Shown: positions 10,164 to 20,850 of the stretch, one piece after another | Numbering within the stretch: position 1 is the first letter of the stretch | Layout: the number at the start of each line of letters is the position of its first letter | Source: Nitrospinales bacterium | GTDB taxonomy: Bacteria; Nitrospinota; Nitrospinia; Nitrospinales; VA-1 | Length of the DNA stretch: 64,000 bases | Assembly: GCA_965262115.1 (NCBI GenBank) | Contig: OZ253496.1 | Span: forward strand, 928,001-992,000 | Direction of reading: 5' to 3' | Position numbers and translations under genes: made by a program | The notes under the pieces: model-generated | What the model was told of the DNA's origin: nothing | What the model saw: only the letters and a program-made list of their open reading frames with translations | Databases searched by the model: none

Positions 10164-10636
10164 ATGGCTGAATTGAAAGAAGGAAAAAAGGCGCCGGACT
10201 TTACGGCGATTGATCAGAACGGAAAAAAATCAAACTCAGTTCTTTTAAAGGTAAGAAGCATGTCGTGCTTTATTTTTACCCTAAAGACATGACTCCCGGA
10301 TGCACCACGCAAGCCTGCGACTTCCGCGACCAGCACAAAAAATTTAAAAATACTGTCGTCCTCGGCGTTAGCATTGATTCAACCGAAAGGCACCAGAAGT
10401 TTATTGAAAAATACGACCTTCCTTTTACTCTCCTTGCTGACACCGATAAAAAAGTGGTGCAAAAATACGGAGTCTGGCAGGAAAAGAAACTCTATGGGAA
10501 AACCTTTATGGGAATTGTTCGAACAACCTTCATCATCGACAAGACAGGCACGATCCAAAAAATATTCCCCAAGGTCAAAGTAAAAACCCACATCGAAGAA
10601 GTCCTTTCCGTATTGAAGGAAATCTACAAGGCGTAG
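10164..10636 (+). pseudogene. bcp: Peroxiredoxin Bcp/PrxQ with a 1-nt frameshift in an A7 run (pseudogene, slippage or sequencing error)
   Basis: MAELKEGKKAPDFTAIDQNGKK from 10164 joins IKLSSFKGKKHVVLYFYPKDMTPGCTTQAC only if one A is added at 10223-10229. Confidence 0.85.
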
Positions 10637-10641
10637 CCTTG

Positions 10642-10742
10642 CCACTCGGCGTAGGGCCAATGAACAATAACTTTCGCTGGCAAACAATAGATTAAATCGG
10701 CTTGATGATCCGTACTACCTGCCCCCGGCGGCTCGCCGGGCC
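10642..10742. repeat. Modular palindromic repeat copy between bcp and pepP
   Basis: CCACTCGGCGTAGGGCCAATGAACAATAAC, and minus-strand GCCCGGCGAGCCGCCGG as at 41525. Confidence 0.7.
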
Positions 10743-12133
10743 ATTAATTTCTCAATCTGTTTTACAGTTCTGGGAATCTTGCTGGAAAGATTCAAACAGC
10801 CGGTTGCTGTCATCACAAGATTGTCCTCAATGCGAATGCCTATCTTTTCATCATAGTTTTTTCCGTTCAGGCGCAGACGAAACTCCCCATACAACCCGGG
10901 TTCATTGCTGATCATCCAGCCCGGCTTCATGGGGTGCTTGGCGTAATTACGAAAAGGATCCCCATCATGCTCCTGTTCCCCCATCAAGTGGCTCACCCCG
11001 TGCGGTCTTCCTTTATATTGCAACTTAACCTTTCCCCCAATCGCCTTGAAATCGCGTTCCAGCCCCTCATTGACCTTATCCCAGCATACGGTGTTCAACT
11101 CTTCAATCGTTAGCCCAGCCCGCGCCTTTTTCTCTACCGCAATATGGGCTTTAAGAACGATTTCATAAAGTATTTTCTGCATGGGGTTGAACCGCCCCGA
11201 CACAGGAAAAGTCCTAGTGATATCGGCATGCATGGTCATCCAGCGTATTCCAAAATCGATCAGCATCATTTCGCTTTTTGAAAAATTATCATCATTCTTT
11301 GTATAGTGGAGAATGGTTGCGTTAGCTCCTGATGCCACGATGGAAGGATAGCTAAGGCCAAAAGGGGTATTCATCAGCATCTGGCCTTCGAGAAACCCCT
11401 GCACCTGACATTCATTTTTAAAGTTACTGAAGTTTTTCAGCATCACCTTATATCCGCCGTTAGTTATATCTTGAGCTTTCCGGGCATTGGCAATATCATA
11501 TTTATCCAGCGGCAGGCGCAGTTCAAAATGACTCTTCATAATATTTTTCAAAGCCGCTTTTGGAGCTTTCCAAGACCGCAACCACCCCTCAAGTTTCCTT
11601 TTGAAATCAAAATTATGATCCGTGGTGATGCTAGAGACTTTGCCCCCTCGGGTGCCTTCCAGCCAAAACATTCCCAGAGTTTTTTTCTTCTGCTTCATGA
11701 ACCGCTCTTTCAGGACATCCTTAAATTCACGGATATCGCGAACATCCTGGATTCCCGTAACCGACCGCACTTCCCTCAAGCTTTGCTCATCCCCGACCCC
11801 AAAACGGACCCCCTCCAAAAACTCAAGGATTCGATCCTTGTTATCCACAAATAAAATTTCATCCGATACTTTTGAACCCGGGTCCAGCAACAGGATGACG
11901 TTATTCTGGTTAATGCCGGTTAAATACATCATTGCCGGCTCCTGATAAGTGGGGCAATAGGCATAGGACCAGGTCGTCTTTCCACCCGGACCATAAGGGA
12001 CCCCGGCAACGGCCATGAGTCGGCCTTCCTTCCCCATCAACTTCTTTCTTCTTTCGCGAAACCTCCGTTTAGCAAAGACCCCCGCCCCGCCATCCCGGAA
12101 TATTCCTGTATAAATTTTTTTCGATATCTTCAT
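10715..12133 (-). CDS. pepP: Xaa-Pro aminopeptidase (M24B)
   Basis: LHY, LIDFG, ADITRT, HGVSH..G..EHD, NEPGLY and GIRIED metal-ligand motifs. Confidence 0.88.
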   Translation of the reverse strand: MKISKKIYTGIFRDGGAGVFAKRRFRERRKKLMGKEGRLMAVAGVPYGPGGKTTWSYAYCPTYQEPAMMYLTGINQNNVILLLDPGSKVSDEILFVDNKDRILEFLEGVRFGVGDEQSLREVRSVTGIQDVRDIREFKDVLKERFMKQKKKTLGMFWLEGTRGGKVSSITTDHNFDFKRKLEGWLRSWKAPKAALKNIMKSHFELRLPLDKYDIANARKAQDITNGGYKVMLKNFSNFKNECQVQGFLEGQMLMNTPFGLSYPSIVASGANATILHYTKNDDNFSKSEMMLIDFGIRWMTMHADITRTFPVSGRFNPMQKILYEIVLKAHIAVEKKARAGLTIEELNTVCWDKVNEGLERDFKAIGGKVKLQYKGRPHGVSHLMGEQEHDGDPFRNYAKHPMKPGWMISNEPGLYGEFRLRLNGKNYDEKIGIRIEDNLVMTATGCLNLSSKIPRTVKQIEKLMARRAAGGR

Positions 12134-12239
12134 TTTTTTTTAAGCGTCCCTAAATCATATTTTTATTCACAGGGTTTAATAGTACACTAAACGGAAACGT
12201 GGCCCAACCCCGGTTTATTAAAGAACAAATTCTCTCTTT

Positions 12240-12890
12240 ATGTGCGGACGATATACCCTGGCTAAACCTTTAAAGACCATCGAGTCTCATTTTGGCCCCA
12301 TCCATATCGATCTGGAATATCGACTGAGCTACAACATCGCTCCCAGCCAATTGTCTCCGGTCGTCATCAACCGTTCCGGACAAAGAGAATTGACAGAAAT
12401 GAAATGGGGCCTGGTACCGTCCTGGGCAAAGGATGAAAAAATGAAATTCATCAACGCCCGGTCAGAAACCGTCCGCGAAAAACCCAGTTTTAAAAACTCA
12501 TTGAAAAGCCAGCGTTGCCTGATTCCTGCGGATGGTTTTTTGGAATGGCAAGGAACTGAAAAACAGCCTTACCATATATTTTTAAAGACCCAGGCTCTCT
12601 TCGCCTTTGCCGGACTTTGGTCCATTTGGAACAGCCCAGAGGGAAAGAGTTTGAGCACCTATACTATTCTAACGACTGAAGCCAACAAAAAGCTAACTCT
12701 GATCCACCCACGAATGCCGATCATATTACCTGCAGAACAATACGAAACCTGGCTATCGCCCGACTCCGGCTTGGATCCCCTACATGAACTTTTAACAGCC
12801 TTCTCCTCGGAGGAGTTCGACTTTCACCCGGTGTCCAAAGAGGTCAATTCACCGAAAAACAACCACCCGGAAATTCTACAAAATATTTAA
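12240..12890 (+). CDS. SOS response-associated peptidase (SRAP/YedK, abasic-site crosslinking)
   Basis: MCGRY start, YNIAP, WGLVP, INARSET and IHPRMP. Confidence 0.93.
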   Translation: MCGRYTLAKPLKTIESHFGPIHIDLEYRLSYNIAPSQLSPVVINRSGQRELTEMKWGLVPSWAKDEKMKFINARSETVREKPSFKNSLKSQRCLIPADGFLEWQGTEKQPYHIFLKTQALFAFAGLWSIWNSPEGKSLSTYTILTTEANKKLTLIHPRMPIILPAEQYETWLSPDSGLDPLHELLTAFSSEEFDFHPVSKEVNSPKNNHPEILQNI

Positions 12891-13495
12891 TCTTTCTTTT
12901 TAAAAATTCCCAGCCATTCCTTGTCTTTTCTCTGTTCAGCAGACAAGGATGTTTTATCGAGCTCCTGAATTTCAAAATTCTTTGAAAAATTTGTTTCAAT
13001 ATCTTCACGGGTGGTGTTGTAGGGAGGTCCACCCTCCTTATCCGTATGATAAAACAATCCCACCAGCATTCCCCCCGGCCGCAATATTCTTGCAACGTTC
13101 AGGACATAGTCCATTCTTTGCCAGGGAGAGATGGCGCAAAAAAATGTCTGCTCGAGCACCAGGTCATAAACGCCATCGTGGGAGTCATCAAGACTGAAAA
13201 AGTCCTGATGCAAAACCCGGCCTTTAAGGTTACGTTTGTTCAAAGCGTTTTCTAAATAAGTGACGGCTCCTTCAGAAAAATCAATGGCCGTAACCTCAAA
13301 CCCGTTTTCCGCCAGGAATACCACTTCGTGCCCTCTTCCGCATCCAGGAACCAGCACTTTGCCCACAGGCAATTTTTCCTCCTGCCACAACTTGACAAAG
13401 GGAGGAGCCACCTGGCCCAGGTCCCAACCCAGGTCATTGGATTCATAATGGCCTTGCCAGTCTTCCCGGCTGTATCCTTTTGATTCCTGATTCAT
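12887..13495 (-). CDS. Thiopurine S-methyltransferase-family SAM methyltransferase
   Basis: WDLG, VLVPGCGRGHE, EQTFFCAI and GPPY. Confidence 0.9.
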   Translation of the reverse strand: MNQESKGYSREDWQGHYESNDLGWDLGQVAPPFVKLWQEEKLPVGKVLVPGCGRGHEVVFLAENGFEVTAIDFSEGAVTYLENALNKRNLKGRVLHQDFFSLDDSHDGVYDLVLEQTFFCAISPWQRMDYVLNVARILRPGGMLVGLFYHTDKEGGPPYNTTREDIETNFSKNFEIQELDKTSLSAEQRKDKEWLGIFKKKD

Positions 13496-14418
13496 GACAA
13501 AGCAAAATACTCAACAAGGTTCTGAATAGCCACCTTACCCATTGCCTCAACTGCTTCGCGGGCATTGCCTCCAATATGCGGAGTCACCATCAAATTAGGA
13601 AGCTGAAGAAATTCGGTATCTGTTGGGGGTTCCTCCCAGAACACATCCAATCCCGCACCGGCAATTGCTCCCGACACCAAAGCCTGATGCAGGTCTCCCT
13701 GATGAACCACCTGACCTCTGCTGGTATTAACCAGAAACGCTGACGCTTTCATTTTCGCGAACACCGCTTTGTCGATAAGGTTTTCGGTATATTCGGTCAA
13801 GGGCACATGAAGGGTCACAATATCGGCCTCTTCGATGAGTGCATCGAATCCTGCTTTCATAGCGCTGAACTGGCGGCAAAATTCGCTACGGTCTGCAATA
13901 TCCCGCACCTGGATCCGGCATTGAAACGGTTGAAGCAGGCGCACCAGTTCCTGCCCGACATTACCGCAACCAATGATGCCTACGGTTTTTCCGCTGAGCT
14001 CCTGTCCCCCATCGCGTTTCCAACCCCCTCTTTTTAATTCTTCGGATAACATATTATGGCAGAGCCCAATCATGAACCCCAGTGTCAGTTCGGCCACAGA
14101 CCTTCTGTTAGTGCCAGAGGTCACTCGCAGTTCAATATTGGCATGGCTTAACGCTTCCTGATCCAGATTGTCCAGTCCCACTCCATATTTTGCAATCATC
14201 CTCAGTTTAGGCAAGGAACGAATCAGTTCGGCATTGACAGGATCCCTTCCTATCAAAGTGGCATCGGCATCCGCCAGAAAATCGACCAGTTCGGTGACTG
14301 AAAGGTACCTGTCTTTTTCGTTGAAGATCGCGTTAGGAAAGTGACGCAATAATTCTGTTCGCAGTGAGAATGATTTGCAGAAGGCCGGAGGGGTGACCGC
14401 CACTCGTGGAGCATCCAT
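13492..14418 (-). CDS. D-isomer 2-hydroxyacid dehydrogenase (phosphoglycerate dehydrogenase-like, no ACT domain)
   Basis: GVGLDN, GIIGCGNVG, LHVPLT, NTSRG and TPHIGG. Confidence 0.9.
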   Translation of the reverse strand: MDAPRVAVTPPAFCKSFSLRTELLRHFPNAIFNEKDRYLSVTELVDFLADADATLIGRDPVNAELIRSLPKLRMIAKYGVGLDNLDQEALSHANIELRVTSGTNRRSVAELTLGFMIGLCHNMLSEELKRGGWKRDGGQELSGKTVGIIGCGNVGQELVRLLQPFQCRIQVRDIADRSEFCRQFSAMKAGFDALIEEADIVTLHVPLTEYTENLIDKAVFAKMKASAFLVNTSRGQVVHQGDLHQALVSGAIAGAGLDVFWEEPPTDTEFLQLPNLMVTPHIGGNAREAVEAMGKVAIQNLVEYFALS

Positions 14419-14421
14419 TGT

Positions 14422-15612
14422 TCAGTCCAAAATCTGGGTCACAATGGAAGCACCGGCGGTATAGGTACCGATCATGGAACCCATACTGGAAAAAAAGAAA
14501 ATTAGAAACAACCGGGCAACACGGTTTTTCCACCACATGGAATAGACGGCAATATCTTCGCGCAGGGTTTCAAAGTCACTCACTTTAGGTTTACGCATAT
14601 AAGATTCCACCAAACCCACAACCATTCCCGCCCCAATAGTGGGATTCAAAGATGTTAAAGGGGCGGCGAAAAAGCCGGTGATGATAGAGACAGGGTGCCC
14701 AAAGGCAATCAAAGTTCCCAGCGCGCAGAAACCCCCGTTGAACAAAATCCAGGTTATCACCAACTGTTCTCCCAGTTCGGGAGACTGGCGAAAACCAACC
14801 ACAAACATGGCCATAATAAATACGCAAATGCCCCAACCTATAAAGTAGCCGACCCGGCTTGGAGGCGGTTTTTGGTCCAGCATTTTCAGATGATCCGAAT
14901 CAGGAGGAGACTCCATGGCTGGGAGCATGCCGATTAAATGTCCGGCGCCGACCAGTGCCAAAATTCTTTTTGGAGCATCTGGTTCATGGGCAATCTGCGC
15001 CAAACGCCCCACCATATACTGATCCCTCTCATCGATCAGAACTCTTTTGATTTCCGGCAACTCCTCACCAAACTCACTGACCACTGAATGTAATAAGTCT
15101 CCTTGCTTAAGGTCTTCAATTTGCTCTTGGCTGATCTCTTCGCCAACAAACACTCCAGCAATCATGCCCCCGACAATTTTAAGTTTTTGCCAGAACGACA
15201 CTTCGGTGACCAGCCGGTGCAGGGTGGTCGATATATTCCGGTCAATGACTTCCAGCCTGATATTTTTTTCATGCGCCAGTTCAACGGCTCGAATCATTTC
15301 CTGTCCGGCCTCAACGCCAATTCGTTCAGCCAGGCGTTTTTGATAGGCGGTCAAAGCAAGGTTGATCAGCAGGAGCCCGGCTTTCTTTTTGCGGAAAACC
15401 TGATAGATGTCGAGATTCTTCCACCAGGTCTGGTTGGTGAGGTTTTCCAGGCGCGGAGGACATAATTCCACCGCAACACAGTCGTAGTTGCCGTTTTGAA
15501 TATGTTCCTCGACCATTTGCACGCTCAATTTGGAGACATGAGCCGTTCCCACCAAGGTCACTTCTGATTCACCGAGATGAACAGTTTTAACAACATCTTC
15601 TTGCTTTTCCAC
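14422..15612 (-). CDS. TraB/PrgY/GumN family membrane protein
   Basis: VGTAHVS, VAVELC, IDERDQYM, VGAGH and APLTSLNP; GTG at 15612 with AAGGA RBS preferred as start. Confidence 0.88.
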   Translation of the reverse strand: MEKQEDVVKTVHLGESEVTLVGTAHVSKLSVQMVEEHIQNGNYDCVAVELCPPRLENLTNQTWWKNLDIYQVFRKKKAGLLLINLALTAYQKRLAERIGVEAGQEMIRAVELAHEKNIRLEVIDRNISTTLHRLVTEVSFWQKLKIVGGMIAGVFVGEEISQEQIEDLKQGDLLHSVVSEFGEELPEIKRVLIDERDQYMVGRLAQIAHEPDAPKRILALVGAGHLIGMLPAMESPPDSDHLKMLDQKPPPSRVGYFIGWGICVFIMAMFVVGFRQSPELGEQLVITWILFNGGFCALGTLIAFGHPVSIITGFFAAPLTSLNPTIGAGMVVGLVESYMRKPKVSDFETLREDIAVYSMWWKNRVARLFLIFFFSSMGSMIGTYTAGASIVTQILD

Positions 15613-15776
15613 AGTATCCTTTCCCGAATAGTAGAGAACGACCAAACCGCCAAACAAGCAACAAAAAATTAATTGGGTTAAAATGAGGGAGACTGCATCG
15701 GTGAACAGGATTACCCTTTAATTCATGAGACCCCTAATTTAACATAAACCCCTTTAGTATTGAATCGGTCTTTTCC

Positions 15777-17768
15777 ATGCAACCGTTTAAACTTCAAGCC
15801 GACTACAAACCTGCCGGGGACCAGCCCCAGGCCATAGAAAAACTGGTTCAGGGCCTGGATTCCAACCCAAGCTCACAGACCCTTCTCGGGGTGACAGGCT
15901 CTGGAAAAACCTATGCCATTGCCAATGTCATCGAGCGAGTGCAAAAACCGACCTTGGTGCTCGCCCATAATAAAACCCTCGCGGCTCAACTTTACAATGA
16001 GTTTAAAACGTTTTTCCCGGATAACGCGGTGGGATATTTTGTCAGCTATTACGATTACTACCAGCCTGAAGCTTACCTGGCCCAAACCGATACCTATATT
16101 GAAAAAGACGCCTCCATCAATGACGAGATCGATAAAATGCGCCATTCGGCCACCCATGCTTTATTTGAACGCCGGGATGTCATCATCGTCGCCAGCGTTT
16201 CCTGCATTTATGGCCTGGGTTCGCCGGAAGCTTACCACGGCATGCTGCTGTTTTTGGAAAGAGGCAAAACTCTTGAGAGGGATCAAGCCCTGCAGAAACT
16301 CGTGGAAATCCAATACAAAAGAAACGATGTGGATTTTCAACGCGGCACCTTCCGGGTGCGGGGAGACGTCTTGGAAATCCTACCGGTTTACGAAAGAAAC
16401 GAAGCCCTCAGGATCGAATTTTTCGGCGACCAGATAGACCGGATTTCCGCTTTTGATCCACTCACCCGCCAATCAATCCGAGAGTTGGACCGCATCGCCA
16501 TTTACCCGGCCAGTCATTATGCCACTCCGAAAGAACTCCTGGAAAAGGCCATGGAAGACATCCGAGAAGAACTGATTGAACGGGTGGCTTATTTTGAAAG
16601 CCAGAATCTTCTTATCGAAGCCCAGAGAATTGATCAGAGAACCCTGTTTGATCTGGAAATGATCAAGGAAGTCGGTTACTGCCAAGGCATCGAAAACTAT
16701 TCACGCCACCTCATGGCCAGACCTGCAGGCGAGCCGCCACCGACTTTGCTGGATTATTTTCCCAATGATTCGCTTTTTATTATTGATGAGAGCCATGTGA
16801 CCCTGCCGCAGCTGCAAGGCATGTACAAGGGCGACAGCTCCCGCAAAGAGACCTTGATCCGGTATGGTTTCCGGCTGCCCTCGGCCTTTGACAACCGGCC
16901 TCTGACCTTTGAGGAATTTGACCAGCATGTCCGGAATATTATTTATGTTTCCGCCACCCCCAGTTCCTATGAATTGGAAAAATCCGGAAATCCTCCGGTG
17001 GAACTGATCGCGAGACCCACGGGATTGGTGGATCCGAAAATTGAAATTAAACCCGTGTCCAGTCAGGTGGACGATTTATATAACCAAATCCGTTCACGGG
17101 CGGAAAAAAACCAGCGCTGTTTGATCACGACGCTAACCAAAAAATTTTCTGAGGACCTGGCAGAACATTATTCCGAACTCGGATTGAAGGTCAAATACCT
17201 GCATTCCGACATCGTGACTCTGGAACGAACCCAGATCATCCGGGAACTCCGGCTGGGCGAATTCGACGCGCTAATAGGTATCAATTTACTGCGAGAAGGA
17301 CTTGATATCCCTGAGGTTTCTTTAGTGGCAATTCTGGATGCGGATAAAGAAGGTTTTCTGCGATCCACCACGTCCCTTATTCAGACCTCGGGCAGGGCCG
17401 CAAGAAACATTTCAGGAAAAGTTATCTTTTATGCCGATCAGGTGACCCGATCCATGCAAGCCGCAATCGATGAAATGAGTCGCAGAAGGGAAATCCAGCT
17501 TGCTTATAACCGGGAACACCACATAACCCCGCGCTCCATTCAAAGAGCCATTGAATTCTCCATGGAATATTCTGAGAATACGGAACCTGCGTTCGGGGTC
17601 ATGGAGGAAGAGGAAACCTATGAATCAGGAAAACCAGTTCTGCAGTTGATCGCGGAACTGGAAAAGCAAATGCTCTCTGTGGCAAAAGATCTGGAGTTTG
17701 AAAAAGCCGCCGAGCTCCGGGACCGAATCAAACGCCTGCGGGAAAAGGATCTGGAAATTATTCTATAA
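15777..17768 (+). CDS. uvrB: Excinuclease ABC subunit B
   Basis: [22 protein letters not shown] and C-terminal UVR domain. Confidence 0.98.
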   Translation: MQPFKLQADYKPAGDQPQAIEKLVQGLDSNPSSQTLLGVTGSGKTYAIANVIERVQKPTLVLAHNKTLAAQLYNEFKTFFPDNAVGYFVSYYDYYQPEAYLAQTDTYIEKDASINDEIDKMRHSATHALFERRDVIIVASVSCIYGLGSPEAYHGMLLFLERGKTLERDQALQKLVEIQYKRNDVDFQRGTFRVRGDVLEILPVYERNEALRIEFFGDQIDRISAFDPLTRQSIRELDRIAIYPASHYATPKELLEKAMEDIREELIERVAYFESQNLLIEAQRIDQRTLFDLEMIKEVGYCQGIENYSRHLMARPAGEPPPTLLDYFPNDSLFIIDESHVTLPQLQGMYKGDSSRKETLIRYGFRLPSAFDNRPLTFEEFDQHVRNIIYVSATPSSYELEKSGNPPVELIARPTGLVDPKIEIKPVSSQVDDLYNQIRSRAEKNQRCLITTLTKKFSEDLAEHYSELGLKVKYLHSDIVTLERTQIIRELRLGEFDALIGINLLREGLDIPEVSLVAILDADKEGFLRSTTSLIQTSGRAARNISGKVIFYADQVTRSMQAAIDEMSRRREIQLAYNREHHITPRSIQRAIEFSMEYSENTEPAFGVMEEEETYESGKPVLQLIAELEKQMLSVAKDLEFEKAAELRDRIKRLREKDLEIIL

Positions 17769-17772
17769 AATA

Positions 17773-18318
17773 CTATCTTGGGGTTTCCCGGTTGTCCTTC
17801 GTTCTTTGAGCAATGAGTCTGGCAATCCCCGCTTCCGACTCCGGGAGAAGGTCTTGCCATTTAACTCCAGTTACATAAGGAGCAGAGTCACTTTTCAGGT
17901 TCTTTCTTAAGTTTTTCACATCCGCTTTTTGTAAGGTAATACTCCCGCCAGTAGGAATCTCTGCAGTTATATATAGCATTTTTTTTTGGTCACTTGGCTG
18001 CTATGACTGATCAATGCCCCTCCTGAACTGATATCTCTTATAATTCCAGAATCTTCATATTTTTTATCGCCTTCTTCATAGAAAAATGTAACGGGAATAT
18101 TGGCTTTGAAACATTCAAATTTCCTAAGGTTATGCATATCGAAGATGCGAGGATATTCAATGACCAGAAGTGAAATCGCCTGAGCCAGAGCATAGCTGGG
18201 TGATCACATATTGCCCCTTCATCCATCCCCTGATACAAACGGAAAAAACCTCACCGCGAAGGGTGGCGGTCACTTTCTGTCCCATCACAAAAGGGATTTC
18301 ATCACTTTTTATAGGCAT
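17773..18318 (-). pseudogene. YcgR-like PilZ-domain (c-di-GMP receptor) pseudogene
   Basis: Three frames join: MPIKSDEIPFVMGQKV..RGWMKGQYVIT / LLVIEYPRIFDMHNLRKFECFK..IIRDISSGGAL / MLYIT..PYVTGVKWQDL. Confidence 0.8.
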
Positions 18319-18469
18319 AATAACCTCTAATAAATCACAACCCGCCAGAATCATAGCAACTGCACCTTATTTGTATCGGCAAGAAAACAAATTAAACAAC
18401 CTCATACAGATATACAAGAAAAAAAACATTTACATTGAATACAGGCTCAATGCGGCGTTTTCTCAAAGG

Positions 18470-20329
18470 TTATGAGGATTGGGCGGAAGGCCGGGGAGGA
18501 TAGAGCTTAAAGTACTTCTTGAAGATTTTCCTGGCAATCGGTGCGGCGGTGGCCCCGCCATGACCTCCATGTTCAATGATAATGGCCACAGCGATCTCGG
18601 GTTTTTCATAGGGCGCAAAAGCTACGAACCATGCATGATCCCGATACCTGACAGGTATGACTTCACCCTTCTCCAGCTCCTCATTGGATTTCATCCGGAC
18701 AACCTGGGCCGTTCCGGTTTTCCCAGAAACAATTATGTTTTTCAAGCGGGATCTTTTTCCTGTTCCTCGCGTACCGTTCACCACATCGCGCAGGGCCTTC
18801 CTGACCTGTTCTAAATGGTCTGGATCCACCCCTAATTGGCCGACTATATTCGGGAAAAATTCTTTCCGAGTTTTTCCATCGGGCCCTTCAATACGCTTTA
18901 CTAGATAAGGTTTGAGCAGAATGCCTCCATTAGCCACGGAGGCCATCATACTTGCCTGCTGTATGGGAGTCACCAGATTATAACCCTGACCAATGGACGC
19001 GGAAATGGTTTCGCCCAACAGCCAGGGCTCCTTCTTGTTTAACAATTTCCACTGGGTAGTAGGAACCAATCCCCTTTTTTCCTGGCTCAAGCCCAGATGG
19101 GTAGAACTGCCCAGCCCAAAACGTTTTGCGTATTTCGCAATCGTATTGATGCCCAAACGATGACCGATGGTATAAAAATAAACATCACAAGATTGCACCA
19201 TCGCGTCATGCAAATTCATCGGACCATGCCCGGATTTTTTCCAGCACCGATACCGACCTCTGCCCAACCTGAAATGCCCCGGACAAAAGATAGATGTATC
19301 CGGTTTAATCACGCCCTCTTCAAGGCCTGCAAGCGCTGTTATAATTTTGTAGGTAGAGCCAGGGGGATATTGGCCATGAATAGACCTGTTCTGTAACGGG
19401 TGCCACTCGTCAGTCACCAACGCATTCCAGTTCTGAGGACTGATTCCCGCCGCAAACTTATTGGGATCGAAGGAGGGACTGCTGGTCATTGCAATGATCT
19501 CACCCGTCTGCGCCTTCATCACCACCACGGAACCATTCATATTCTGATCCACAGTTCCAACCATTAATTTTTCCAATTCCTGTTGTATCCTTACATCCAA
19601 GGTAAGAATCAGATTGTTCCCACTTTCTGGAGGTAGTTTGCGTAATGATTTCAACTCCCTGCCAGAAACATCCACTTCAACTTCTTTGTAGCCCTTTTCG
19701 CCTCGCAAAATAGACTCATATATATTTTCCAGGCCGTTTTTTCCGACAAAATCCCCCTGCTTATACTTGGGGTCTTTAAGGCTTTCCAAGCTTGCTTTGG
19801 AAATCTCTCCAAGATAGCCCAGCGTGTGGGATGCCAGATTATTGAACACATAATTCCTTAAAGGTTCAGCCCTGATGTGTATTCCAGGAAGGCTCATATT
19901 GTTCTCTTCTATAAAAGCCACTTCCTCCCGAGAAATATCTCCCTTTATTAAAACTTCTTTGAAGGATTTGCTCCGCGCCATTGCCTTTTTCAATTTTTCC
20001 CGGTCAAAGGAAATTTTTGGGGACATTTTGTCCAGAGAGTGGTCCAGATCTCCGGCATCTTCAGGAGTTAAATACAGATTGAAAGCAGGGCGAATGCTGA
20101 CTAAAGTCTCACCGTTCCGATCTTTAATCATTCCCCGGTTTGCAGGCAGGGTTACCATTCGAACCCGGTTGTTCTCTGAAAGCCCCGTCAGGTATTGCCA
20201 TTTCAAAATCTGCAAATACCAGACACGCATCCACAAGCACAGAAATGAAACCACAACAAGGATGGCGAAGACACGTATCTTCTTTTTAATCACATCATTG
20301 GTTTCGGTGCCATGACGAAACAGGCTCAT
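18470..20329 (-). CDS. mrdA: Penicillin-binding protein 2
   Basis: PGSTYK, QSCD and KTGT motifs; ATG at 20329 overlaps the mreD stop (ATGA). Confidence 0.96.
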   Translation of the reverse strand: MSLFRHGTETNDVIKKKIRVFAILVVVSFLCLWMRVWYLQILKWQYLTGLSENNRVRMVTLPANRGMIKDRNGETLVSIRPAFNLYLTPEDAGDLDHSLDKMSPKISFDREKLKKAMARSKSFKEVLIKGDISREEVAFIEENNMSLPGIHIRAEPLRNYVFNNLASHTLGYLGEISKASLESLKDPKYKQGDFVGKNGLENIYESILRGEKGYKEVEVDVSGRELKSLRKLPPESGNNLILTLDVRIQQELEKLMVGTVDQNMNGSVVVMKAQTGEIIAMTSSPSFDPNKFAAGISPQNWNALVTDEWHPLQNRSIHGQYPPGSTYKIITALAGLEEGVIKPDTSIFCPGHFRLGRGRYRCWKKSGHGPMNLHDAMVQSCDVYFYTIGHRLGINTIAKYAKRFGLGSSTHLGLSQEKRGLVPTTQWKLLNKKEPWLLGETISASIGQGYNLVTPIQQASMMASVANGGILLKPYLVKRIEGPDGKTRKEFFPNIVGQLGVDPDHLEQVRKALRDVVNGTRGTGKRSRLKNIIVSGKTGTAQVVRMKSNEELEKGEVIPVRYRDHAWFVAFAPYEKPEIAVAIIIEHGGHGGATAAPIARKIFKKYFKLYPPRPSAQSS

Positions 20330-20844
20330 CTTCTCATTCCCATATAAGGATTGGACATTTTCGGTTGCAACCAACCATCAATTTTATCCAATACCACAAA
20401 CATAAAGGGCCCTATTAATGCATTATAAATACTGTAAATGGGTAACGACTGATACAAAAAGCTGGAAGCGACCTCTCCCTTCAGAATAGTTCCCATGGAG
20501 AAATAAAACACCAGACCGTCAAAAATCGAAGAAACAATAAGAAATATCCCTATCGGTATCATGCCTTCAACATAAAACTTATCCTTAAGCGTGGAAAAAA
20601 AATAAGCGATCAGACTTTTCGAGAGCGTGTTCACTCCCAACAGTCCCCCTGAAAGGCTGTCCTGAGCAAGCCCCAAAGCAATCCCGGCTCCAATCCCGTT
20701 CGACCGGGAATATCGAACTCCACAATAGGCCACCCACACCAGAATCAGGTCCGGGGTAACACCGCCAAAGGAAAAAATTTCCAACCAGGTCGTCTGGGCA
20801 GAAAACAAAAAAACGGCAATCAGTGCCTGCGAAAAATAATACAT
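20326..20844 (-). CDS. mreD: Rod shape-determining protein MreD
   Basis: Hydrophobic protein with TPDL and GLAQD..SGG.LG; lies between mreC and mrdA. Confidence 0.9.
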   Translation of the reverse strand: MYYFSQALIAVFLFSAQTTWLEIFSFGGVTPDLILVWVAYCGVRYSRSNGIGAGIALGLAQDSLSGGLLGVNTLSKSLIAYFFSTLKDKFYVEGMIPIGIFLIVSSIFDGLVFYFSMGTILKGEVASSFLYQSLPIYSIYNALIGPFMFVVLDKIDGWLQPKMSNPYMGMRR

Positions 20845-20850
20845 AAAAAC

